Part shown: positions 48,711 through 57,017 of the stretch, one piece after another
Layout: each line of letters opens with the position of its first letter
How positions within the stretch are numbered: position 1 is the stretch's first letter
Virus record (IMG/VR): IMGVR_UViG_3300048008_000449
Location: 62,001 to 126,000 of that record
Length of the DNA: 64,000 nucleotides
Strand: one strand, 5' to 3'
The notes under the pieces: generated by a model
What the model was told of the DNA's origin: nothing
What the model saw: only the letters and a program-made list of their open reading frames with translations
Databases searched by the model: none
Position numbers and translations under genes: made by a program

Positions 48711-49276
48711 AATCCTAATACTCCATATGCTTCGTATGGCAACCAATGTGTATTCATTCTTTCAGGGTGCCAAAGTACTGTTATAATGTTATCTAGTTTC
48801 CAGCTCTCACAATTTCCATCTTCGTCTGTTGCTAATGTTGTTGCTCCATACGGTATACTACTTAATATTTCTTCGTGACGACTGTGAACTTTAATCTCAC
48901 TACCATTGTAGTATACATTATGATCTTGCTTGTGTCTACCATTTAGTGCGATTTTACCACCAAAACTCACGTTGAGGAATTGGCATCCTCTGCTGATTCC
49001 TAGTATAGGTTTATTATAGAGCTTTGCTAAATCTAACGTGTGCTTTTCTACTCTTAAACGGTTTTCATCATATTGCCAATTACCGGGTACCATACTGTTA
49101 CCACCTGTAAACACTACTAGATCGCTTTTAACCACAATGTCTGTTTGGTAGTGTTCTAAGTTATTTGGAATTGGTCTTAATGTGTGTCCAGAGAACATGT
49201 CATAGAATCCGTGATCTAAGCTGTCGTATGGACCGTTTCGAAAGTCAATCACACGTTGCGTGATTGCTATTTTCAT
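48707..49276 (-). CDS. Class I glutamine amidotransferase-like protein (Cj1417-like) with Ser at the nucleophile position
   Basis: IAITQR, TGGN, LGISRG, WHPE. Confidence 0.8.
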   Translation of the reverse strand: MKIAITQRVIDFRNGPYDSLDHGFYDMFSGHTLRPIPNNLEHYQTDIVVKSDLVVFTGGNSMVPGNWQYDENRLRVEKHTLDLAKLYNKPILGISRGCQFLNVSFGGKIALNGRHKQDHNVYYNGSEIKVHSRHEEILSSIPYGATTLATDEDGNCESWKLDNIITVLWHPERMNTHWLPYEAYGVLGL

Positions 49277-49281
49277 TTATT

Positions 49282-49584
49282 TTATTCTGTTTTTTCTAAT
49301 GTGACTTCTAATGGAAAACCATTTCGTCTAGATTCTGTAATAGCTTCAACACATTTCTGTTCAGCTACTTCATAACTATATGTGCCTGCAATACCTCGGC
49401 CTTTTTCGTGGACCTCAAGCATCACTGACTTTGCTTCGTCTAATGTTTTATTAAAAGTTTGTTGTAAAACAATAACTACAAAGTCTTGCGGAGTGCTTTC
49501 GTCATTAAGTATGATCACATTAAACTTAGGTGGACTACTTAATTTAGTGATTTCTGCTACTTCGTCTTGTGATGCTTGTGCCAT
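49282..49584 (-). CDS. clpS: Clp protease adaptor ClpS
   Basis: VIILNDESTPQDFV, MLEVHEKG, EVAEQK, FPL. Confidence 0.92.
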   Translation of the reverse strand: MAQASQDEVAEITKLSSPPKFNVIILNDESTPQDFVVIVLQQTFNKTLDEAKSVMLEVHEKGRGIAGTYSYEVAEQKCVEAITESRRNGFPLEVTLEKTE

Positions 49585-49594
49585 GTTTTACCTT

Positions 49595-50020
49595 TTAATC
49601 TATGTTAATTGTTCTTGGTTTCTTTTCGTCTGGAATATTCTGTTCCAATGTAACTACTAAGATTCCGTTATCTAGTTTAGAAGATGTTACTTCTACATAA
49701 TCAGCTAAACTAAATTCTCTATTAAAGTTTCTAGTTCCAATGCCTTTGTGTAAGTATTCAACTTCATTATCGCTTTCTTTTTTTTCTGCTGAAATTGACA
49801 ATGTGTTTCCATCTTGTTTAATTGTTAGTTCGTCTTTATCAAACCCTGCAACTGCTAAACTAATCGTATAGCTATTATCGCTTTCCTTTACAATATTGTA
49901 TGGGGGATAACCACCTGTTACGTTAGCTGAAAATGCATGTTGCATATCATCAAACATCTTATCAAAGCCTATAGTAGCTTTATAAAAGTCTGGTAGGTTT
50001 AATGTTGTTAATCTAGTCAT
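49595..50020 (-). CDS. Small heat-shock protein Hsp20 (IbpA-like)
   Basis: IGFD, YPPYNI, LAVAGF, YLHKGI, PRTINI. Confidence 0.95.
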   Translation of the reverse strand: MTRLTTLNLPDFYKATIGFDKMFDDMQHAFSANVTGGYPPYNIVKESDNSYTISLAVAGFDKDELTIKQDGNTLSISAEKKESDNEVEYLHKGIGTRNFNREFSLADYVEVTSSKLDNGILVVTLEQNIPDEKKPRTINID

Positions 50021-50100
50021 AATTGTTCTCCTTTGTTAAGCAAGATTATTTAGAACCCTTTCGGCGTTCTATGTATATAGAAATCAGTTCTATTATACAT
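50021..50100 (-). promoter_or_regulatory. ROSE-like RNA thermometer
   Basis: TCTTGCTT-AACA-AAGGAGA hairpin with a bulged G over the SD, plus two upstream hairpins. Confidence 0.7.
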
Positions 50101-50131
50101 TGTTATTTATGCACATCTGTGCAAAAATTCT

Positions 50132-50380
50132 TTAATTATTTGTATACTTGTCTTTAGCAATACGTCTACGATGTCTAGCACGTCCTGCCGCTTCTGCTTT
50201 AAGTCTTTTTTCCGTATTACTTATAAAGTGTTTACGGTCACGAACTTCTTGCATAATACCATCTTTAGCAATCATCTTTTTTAATCTTCTCATTGCTTGT
50301 TCAACGTTATTATTTCTAACTTCAACTGTTAATCCGTTTCCGCCTTTTCTGTCTCTGTCTCTGTGATTATTATTTGCCAT
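50132..50380 (-). CDS. rpsU: 30S ribosomal protein bS21
   Basis: VEVRNNNVEQAMRRLKK...G...EVRDRKHF. Confidence 0.9.
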   Translation of the reverse strand: MANNNHRDRDRKGGNGLTVEVRNNNVEQAMRRLKKMIAKDGIMQEVRDRKHFISNTEKRLKAEAAGRARHRRRIAKDKYTNN

Positions 50381-50383
50381 AAT

Positions 50384-50905
50384 TTATATTTTCCCGGTTA
50401 CCCTGTTATTTTGTGATGATATCTGCTCGTACTCTACTTCTAATAAGTATGCAAACGTATTTAGCAACTCTTTTGCCATGTCTTGTTTACCACGTTCTCT
50501 ACCTCTTAATAAAACAGTAACCATTAGTTTATTATTTTTTTCCAAAAACTTACGAGCCATTCTGGCCTTTGTTTCTAAATCATGTGTATCAATATTTAGA
50601 CCCATGCGTATTTCTTTGGTCTCAACAACGCTCTCTCGTTGCTTTTTCTTTGCCAGTTTTTCTTTTTGTTTTAACGAGTACAAGTGCTTATTAAGATCAG
50701 TTATTTTGCATACAGGTGGTGTTGCTTTATCTGCAACTAGTATCAAATCTAACCCTAATGACCTGGCCTCTTTTAAAGCATCTGTTGTTGACATGATCTG
50801 GCTTTCCATATCATCACCTGATACCCTAATTTGTTTATGTCTTATCTTCTCGTTGGAAATAACAAAAGGTTTTTCCTCACGTCTTTTATAATTTCTATTC
50901 TGCAT
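50384..50905 (-). CDS. infC: Translation initiation factor IF-3
   Basis: NEKIR, LDLILV...PPVCKI, KEIRM...IDTHDL..K, RGRE; ATG start at MQNR with SD. Confidence 0.9.
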   Translation of the reverse strand: MQNRNYKRREEKPFVISNEKIRHKQIRVSGDDMESQIMSTTDALKEARSLGLDLILVADKATPPVCKITDLNKHLYSLKQKEKLAKKKQRESVVETKEIRMGLNIDTHDLETKARMARKFLEKNNKLMVTVLLRGRERGKQDMAKELLNTFAYLLEVEYEQISSQNNRVTGKI

Positions 50906-52109
50906 TGTCACCTTTAATATATTGTGGCTGTGCGTTTCTAGAAATAACTTGTTCATTTATAATAATTTTTCGTATTCCTTGCTCGTATAATTCAGGTAAG
51001 TTATATTGTGTTTCTAATAATGAAGCATCTAATATCTTACGTAAACCTCTAGCTCCTATTTCTTCTTTAATTGCAATGTCTGCAACTTCTTCTAATGCTT
51101 TTATTGTAAACTCTATTTGTATTTTGTCAAGTAGAAAAAGCTCTTTTATTTGATCTACAATACTATCTGTGGGTTCAGTTAGTATTTTTACAAGATCGTT
51201 CTTATTTAAGGGGCTAAGGACGTTTACAGACGGTAATCTACCCACAAATTCGGGTATAAGTCCATATTTCACTAAATCACGTGTTTGTAAGTGCTTTTCC
51301 CACTGTTCTATATCGGTGTCTAAATCGTCGTTAAATCCTATCTTCGACTTACCTAGGCGATTAACCACAACATCTTGTAGACCTACAAAGGCTCCACCTA
51401 CTACAAATAGTATCTCACTGGTGTCAATATCTACTTTCTCCGGGTTATGTTGCGGTTTGTTCGGAACCGTTACTACTATACCTTCCATGAGCTTTAAAAG
51501 GCTCTGTTGGACACCTTCTCCAGATACGTCTCTACTCAAACTAACATAGTCATTACGTTTAGCTTTCTTATCAATTTCGTCAACATATATAATTCCATGT
51601 TGTGCTGATTCTATATCATAGTTAGCGGCTTGAAACAATTTGTGTATTAGTACTTCTGAGTCATCACCTGCATAACCGCTTTCAGTTATTGTTGTTGCAT
51701 CAGTTACTACCATTGGAACATTAAGCAATTTAGCAAGTGTTTGTGCCATTAGTGTTTTACCAGTTCCTGTAGGACCAGCAATTAATACATTACTTTTTTG
51801 TAGCTTGGTTTTTGTTTTAGAAGTTATTCTTTTATAGTGATTATATACTGCTACACTTAAAGTCTTTTTTGCATGATCTTGACTGATAACATTCTCATCT
51901 AAAAATTTATGAATTGCTCTTGGCGTTGGAAGAACTGTTTTCTTTTGCAATGCGTCAGATACTTTAACTTTGTCATTCTTAACTATACTATAACAAAATT
52001 CAACACACCCACTACAAATATGGATATTGTTTTCTCCTGCTAATAGTTTAGTTATTTGTGTAGTGTCTTTACCACAAAAATTACAATGAGGTAAATTACT
52101 TTTCATCAA
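50895..52109 (-). CDS. clpX: ATP-dependent Clp protease ATP-binding subunit ClpX
   Basis: C4 zinc domain, GPTGTGKT, YVDEIDK, RDVSGEGVQQ, IGF, GARGLR. Confidence 0.95.
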   Translation of the reverse strand: MMKSNLPHCNFCGKDTTQITKLLAGENNIHICSGCVEFCYSIVKNDKVKVSDALQKKTVLPTPRAIHKFLDENVISQDHAKKTLSVAVYNHYKRITSKTKTKLQKSNVLIAGPTGTGKTLMAQTLAKLLNVPMVVTDATTITESGYAGDDSEVLIHKLFQAANYDIESAQHGIIYVDEIDKKAKRNDYVSLSRDVSGEGVQQSLLKLMEGIVVTVPNKPQHNPEKVDIDTSEILFVVGGAFVGLQDVVVNRLGKSKIGFNDDLDTDIEQWEKHLQTRDLVKYGLIPEFVGRLPSVNVLSPLNKNDLVKILTEPTDSIVDQIKELFLLDKIQIEFTIKALEEVADIAIKEEIGARGLRKILDASLLETQYNLPELYEQGIRKIIINEQVISRNAQPQYIKGDNAE

Positions 52110-52545
52110 AATACTCTGGATTCATTTGCAACCTTACAAAATTATTAATATCATCTATAGAACGTACAACTAGGTTAGTTCCTGTAGCATTTATTAATTT
52201 TACAGTTTCCCTTCTCTTGTACTTATCACTATAAAATAGCACCGTATTCTCAGTTTTTTGTGATTTTAAAAGTGCCGCCATAATGTCTTCCCATGCACAA
52301 GTATCTACATCAACTATCATAAAGTCACATGTATTAGATACATTCCATACCCACGGTAATGTAGCTGACGTTGTTTTTTTATTTTGTACAAAAAATACTA
52401 CACTTGTAGCAATGTATTTTTCAAACAATTCTTTTATATCTGTTATTAATATTTCATTAGTGCTAGAAATACATATTCCTATTCCATGTTCCGTTAACAT
52501 CAAATCTGGAGCTGTTACAGTGTAACTATCATTATCAATTGTCAT
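52096..52545 (-). CDS. Hypothetical protein
   Basis: 149 aa, overlaps both neighbours. Confidence 0.65.
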   Translation of the reverse strand: MTIDNDSYTVTAPDLMLTEHGIGICISSTNEILITDIKELFEKYIATSVVFFVQNKKTTSATLPWVWNVSNTCDFMIVDVDTCAWEDIMAALLKSQKTENTVLFYSDKYKRRETVKLINATGTNLVVRSIDDINNFVRLQMNPEYFDEK

Positions 52546-54232
52546 TATTAGTATCTTTGATCATTTCTTTGTATACTTGTGTAAGAACTGTCTGGTCAGC
52601 TCTTGATATTAATTCTTTTAATTCTAGTGATGCATCGTCAGCAAAAATATCTTCAATTTTCTTTTTAATAACACCTTCAGTTTGTAAATGTCCACTTCCT
52701 GGCCAACTTCCTGTGCTACGCATTTCTGCTACTATCTTAGTCACTAGTTCTTGTTTGTCTTTTTTTAATGTCTTTTTTGACTTATTATTTAGATCGTATT
52801 GTTGTGCATCTAGTAGATATTCTCTGCGACCTTTTTCGTTAATAGTATATTCCTTACCTTCTTTGTCTATGAAAACTTCTACTTCTTTTGCAGGAACTTC
52901 ATCTTGTACAACAGGCTCGGGGCTAATCGTTTCGTCTTCTTTATCACTAGTATCATCTTCTTCAATGCTGGGTCGATCTTCGTTGTCTCCCATTTCATCT
53001 TCTTGTGTTTCTTCATATATTGTATTTATTTCGGTCTTGCTAGGCCTGGGAAACCTTTCTACTAACGTTATACCTGATATAACAAGTACAATAGCTAGTG
53101 GGTCAAAAACCAAAACAAGTAATAATATGACAAATCTAACTGCATCTTCTAACATGCTTCTAGTAGGATCTGATCCATATATTAGTTCAGCAATATATTT
53201 AACAGGACCAACTTCTGCTTCTAATGCTCTGCTTTGTCCTTCTAGTTCAAATTTTTGTTCATATAAACCATCTAGTGTTGCAGTGGCATCAGTAATAATA
53301 CTACGTTGTGTTAGTATCTGGTCTGTGCTATCGTCTTGCTGTCCTTGTCCAAGTTGGGCTCTAAGTCTAGTAATTAATTCATTCGAATCAGCAATTTGTT
53401 GTTCTGCTAATGCTCGTAATCTTTTAATTTCTGTTCTAGCATCTTTGATAACTTGATCATCATTGTTGTCTCTAATTTTATTTAACTGAAAAATAGCTAC
53501 CTGTCTATCTTTAGTTTTAGTTTCTCTAAAATCTTTAACTGCTTTTGCAGTTTTAGAACCATATCTTCCGTCTTGAGATGCTCCTATTAATCCTTGTAGC
53601 TTTTTAATTTCTTCATTAGCAATATACTGCTCAATAAGTTTTAATTGATTATCAATACTTTCAATTTGATTTTTAAAAGGTAATTCTGCTACTTTTGATT
53701 CTTCTTTTAATTCTTTAATAATTTCATTTTGTTCATCAATAGATGGTTGCACACCTTTATATGCATTTTCAATTCTAGTTGTTTCTTCACGTATTTTTTG
53801 CTGTAGTTCATCATCAATAGATGTATCTAACGTTTCAAGTTTAATAATTTTATCATCAGCTTTTTGTATTACTGTTTTCTCTCTAGCAATACTTGTATCA
53901 ATACGTTCTATAAGAGCGACATTCTCAGTGGCAAGGCTTGTTTGTTCTATGTGTGCTTTTGAAAGAAACCCAAATATACCCATGCTTGTAATAAACATAA
54001 GTAACACCACTGCCACTGAGAGATATGTCTTAATAAGTATGGGTGCCTGTCGCCAATGTAAATGTAACCACACTGCAGACGTTAGTTTACCAATTTCTAG
54101 TACGGTACCCATAATAATAATTGGTACTATGGCACTGGCAAAAATTGCAACAAGACCAACAATGCTGTAGTAGGCCGCCACTGCACTGATTGATAATGCT
54201 ACTAGAATTGTCCAATAACCAAAATACCTCAT
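52535..54232 (-). CDS. Membrane protein: 3 N-terminal TMs, long coiled coil with an embedded PG-binding-like motif, C-terminal TM and acidic tail
   Basis: TSMGIFGFLSKAH, EVGPVKY, VFDPLA; LQGLIG..DGRYGSKT..AV. Confidence 0.7.
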   Translation of the reverse strand: MRYFGYWTILVALSISAVAAYYSIVGLVAIFASAIVPIIIMGTVLEIGKLTSAVWLHLHWRQAPILIKTYLSVAVVLLMFITSMGIFGFLSKAHIEQTSLATENVALIERIDTSIAREKTVIQKADDKIIKLETLDTSIDDELQQKIREETTRIENAYKGVQPSIDEQNEIIKELKEESKVAELPFKNQIESIDNQLKLIEQYIANEEIKKLQGLIGASQDGRYGSKTAKAVKDFRETKTKDRQVAIFQLNKIRDNNDDQVIKDARTEIKRLRALAEQQIADSNELITRLRAQLGQGQQDDSTDQILTQRSIITDATATLDGLYEQKFELEGQSRALEAEVGPVKYIAELIYGSDPTRSMLEDAVRFVILLLVLVFDPLAIVLVISGITLVERFPRPSKTEINTIYEETQEDEMGDNEDRPSIEEDDTSDKEDETISPEPVVQDEVPAKEVEVFIDKEGKEYTINEKGRREYLLDAQQYDLNNKSKKTLKKDKQELVTKIVAEMRSTGSWPGSGHLQTEGVIKKKIEDIFADDASLELKELISRADQTVLTQVYKEMIKDTNNDN

Positions 54233-54234
54233 TA

Positions 54235-54588
54235 TTATTTTCCTATGTTGTAACGAATAGCATGGCCTTCTGTGACCAATAATTCGTTAATGTTAATTTC
54301 ATTATTTTTTTCATCTCGGATTTTGATTGTTCCAAGGATACGACCATACTTTCCTCTTTTGTTAAGGATAGTGGTAACTTCAAACTGTTTAGGTAAAAGA
54401 TCCATAAGTCGTTGTTTAGCATCTAAGCCTTTTTGTTTTACAACAATGTCACTTGATCTGCTATCTGGAGTATCCACTCCGTAAAGTTTTAAACGTTGTT
54501 TAATACATAAATCAAAACCTAGATCAATTTCTAAGTCTAATGTATCACCGTTAATAACTCTAATTAATTTTGCGTTGTATGTATACAT
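54235..54588 (-). CDS. Thermonuclease (SNase)-family protein
   Basis: VINGDT, RL.GVDTP, KYGRILG, LVTEGHA. Confidence 0.8.
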   Translation of the reverse strand: MYTYNAKLIRVINGDTLDLEIDLGFDLCIKQRLKLYGVDTPDSRSSDIVVKQKGLDAKQRLMDLLPKQFEVTTILNKRGKYGRILGTIKIRDEKNNEININELLVTEGHAIRYNIGK

Positions 54589-54663
54589 AAAAATCTTTCA
54601 CATTCTTTAAACAGCTATACTTAAACTGTATAGTATTTATTGTTATATTGTTTAGTTAATATA

Positions 54664-55353
54664 CTATGTTTTGCTATAATTAGCAAGCCATAATTTTGCC
54701 GCTCTACCGGTTGGTGGTTTTGATAGAAATTTACGGATTTCTCTGTATACTTGATCAAAATTTTCTTTTCGATCTGGATCTTCCAAACCTCCACTATTGT
54801 CTACTACGTGGAAATTAGCCGCTCCAAAAACCTGTTGAAACTTCATGATATTTTCTTGTACTTTTTGCCACATCATTGAAACAATGTCATTGCTTAATCT
54901 ACGTTGTCTTGATTGATTACGTTCTTGTGCAACGGATTCACTTGTGTTAACAAATAGCATCATAGTTGTATATCCTAATTTTTGTAACTGTTTAGTAGTC
55001 TCAGAAACCTTTTGTACATTCTTTCCTGTACCGTCAATAATTAATCCAAGACGTCCATCTAAATACAATCCTTCTTTTGTCTTTGTAATCTCTTTAGCAC
55101 GATTGCGAAGTTCTTGTCCTTGATCACTACTAATTGCATCAGGATCAGACAAATCAAAGTTATGTTTGTTTGCCAAGTATTCGTATGCATCATCACTGTT
55201 AATAGATTTTAATCCTGTTCCTGACAATAACTTGCCTGCCACATAGCTTTTGCCCGAGCCAGGACCACCTGCTAGGAACACCGCTTTAAATATGTGAGGA
55301 TCATTTGGACCTTCTAGTACTTGCTCACGTTCTAATATATCATGTATTTTCAT
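54664..55353 (-). CDS. P-loop kinase (zeta-toxin/PNK-like) with capsid-targeting-like N-terminus
   Basis: GGPGSGKS, INSD, IIDGTG, RNQSR.R; MKIHDILE; start 5 nt after TAAATA (55359-55364). Confidence 0.8.
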   Translation of the reverse strand: MKIHDILEREQVLEGPNDPHIFKAVFLAGGPGSGKSYVAGKLLSGTGLKSINSDDAYEYLANKHNFDLSDPDAISSDQGQELRNRAKEITKTKEGLYLDGRLGLIIDGTGKNVQKVSETTKQLQKLGYTTMMLFVNTSESVAQERNQSRQRRLSNDIVSMMWQKVQENIMKFQQVFGAANFHVVDNSGGLEDPDRKENFDQVYREIRKFLSKPPTGRAAKLWLANYSKT

Positions 55354-55401
55354 ACTTGTATTTATTAAAATAATACAATATATATTATATAGTGATAAAG
55401 A

Positions 55402-55989
55402 TTATACTTTTCTTGTAACAACTTTGTCAGCCAAACCAAAATCTACTGCTTCTTGAGCAGACATAAAATTATCACGTTCCATTGCATCTTCTAGTTGAGC
55501 AAATGTTTTGCCAGCTGAATTATGATGCACATAAGCCTGTGTTAGTTGTTGCTTCATCTTAAGAATTTCTTTAACTTGAATTTCCATATCAGTTGCCTGT
55601 CCACCTGCACCACCGCTTGGTTGGTGAATCATTGTACGACTGTTAGGCAACACAAAACGTTTACCCGGTTCTCCTGCCATTGCAAGGAAACTGCCCATGC
55701 TACATGCTTGACCCATAACAATTGTACTTACTGGAGATTTAATAAATTGCATTGTATCATAGATTCCTAAGCCTGCTGTAACTACTCCGCCTGGGCTGTT
55801 AATATAAAAATTAATAGTTTCGCTACTATTTTGTGATTCTAAAAATAGCATTTGTGCAACAATTAAGTTTGCACTGTGATCATTAACATCACTTGTAAGC
55901 ATTACGATACGATCTTTTAGCAAACGACTATAAATGTCATATGCACGTTCGCCTCTGCCTGTACTTTCGATTACTGTTGGTATTATCAT
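55402..55989 (-). CDS. clpP: ATP-dependent Clp protease proteolytic subunit
   Basis: DIYSRLL, YINSPGG, ACSMG, MIHQP, RDNFM. Confidence 0.97.
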   Translation of the reverse strand: MIIPTVIESTGRGERAYDIYSRLLKDRIVMLTSDVNDHSANLIVAQMLFLESQNSSETINFYINSPGGVVTAGLGIYDTMQFIKSPVSTIVMGQACSMGSFLAMAGEPGKRFVLPNSRTMIHQPSGGAGGQATDMEIQVKEILKMKQQLTQAYVHHNSAGKTFAQLEDAMERDNFMSAQEAVDFGLADKVVTRKV

Positions 55990-55997
55990 GATATCTC

Positions 55998-56813
55998 CTA
56001 TTTGTTGTATCTTGCTTGTAAATCAAAAATTATACTATATCTTTCTTCTAAATCTTGTTGTGGGTTATGTATCATTCCATGTGTAGTAGGAATCCATCCA
56101 CTTAGTTGTGAGTGTTCTCCGAACATCCACATCTGTTTATTTTTAGTAAGTTCTTTTATAATTTCCCATTTGTTTGTCTTTGTATTTAACGCTCTAAATT
56201 CTGAGTAGTTTTCACCCAAGTGTAATCCACCTAAAGTTTCATCAAAATGTTCATCACCAAATCGTTCTGTGTTCCATTTACGATGTTCAACTATATTTTC
56301 CTTTGTAGCATTATTAGTATTATACTGTATAATCATTAATTTGTAAAGATTTTCTTTCCACAAATCTTGTTGATCTGAATAGCACTCATTTAAGTAATGA
56401 TCTAATACAGGTTTAAAATCATTGTGCATATCTACGAAATAATCAAAATCTTCATCGTCTAATTTTGTTGACCAATCGTATACATACAGTTTTTGTCTTT
56501 GTACGAATTCTGTAGGATTTTCTAGTTCCCAATGTTCTGGGCTTGCCATGAAATCACTATCATAACTAAAAACATTTCCAGAATGTATTTTAGAAAAACT
56601 CTTGTTTGGTATATTTGGATCTTCCCAACTACTTATATCTTGTTGGGTATTATGTCTAGTAAAATAACTTTTATCAAGTTTATCAAATAAACGTTTTGCT
56701 ACTTCAAATCTATTATTATACTTACCAGACAATAGTGAATTATCAGCAATAGGCCAAATACCTTGTTGCTGATAATCATCTAATATTTCATATGAATGAT
56801 CACTAAAGTTCAT
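55998..56813 (-). CDS. Putative 2OG-Fe(II) oxygenase
   Basis: [10 protein letters not shown] (HxD)...PTTHG...RYS. Confidence 0.55.
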   Translation of the reverse strand: MNFSDHSYEILDDYQQQGIWPIADNSLLSGKYNNRFEVAKRLFDKLDKSYFTRHNTQQDISSWEDPNIPNKSFSKIHSGNVFSYDSDFMASPEHWELENPTEFVQRQKLYVYDWSTKLDDEDFDYFVDMHNDFKPVLDHYLNECYSDQQDLWKENLYKLMIIQYNTNNATKENIVEHRKWNTERFGDEHFDETLGGLHLGENYSEFRALNTKTNKWEIIKELTKNKQMWMFGEHSQLSGWIPTTHGMIHNPQQDLEERYSIIFDLQARYNK

Positions 56814-57015
56814 TTTTGATTTCTGGCACTTTTCTAATTTCTGTTTCGCCAGTTGCATCTTCAACCACTTTAATATAACCGGTTGCTTCAAGCATTTTTA
56901 ATGTTTCTTCCATACCCTTGAATACACCTTCTTTGTACCCACTTTTATAATTAAAATAAGCACATGCGATTACAAAGGCGCACATTATTAATGTTAATTC
57001 GATGTCCATAAACAT
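56803..57015 (-). CDS. Small membrane protein
   Basis: N-terminal TM followed by GYKEG. Confidence 0.6.
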   Translation of the reverse strand: MFMDIELTLIMCAFVIACAYFNYKSGYKEGVFKGMEETLKMLEATGYIKVVEDATGETEIRKVPEIKNEL

Positions 57016-57017
57016 AT

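Noticed and set aside
52539-53456. 305-aa plus-strand Ser-rich ORF and similar antisense ORFs (289..621, 12827..13459 and others)
   Set aside because: Fully antisense to well-supported genes, with no SD and no motifs
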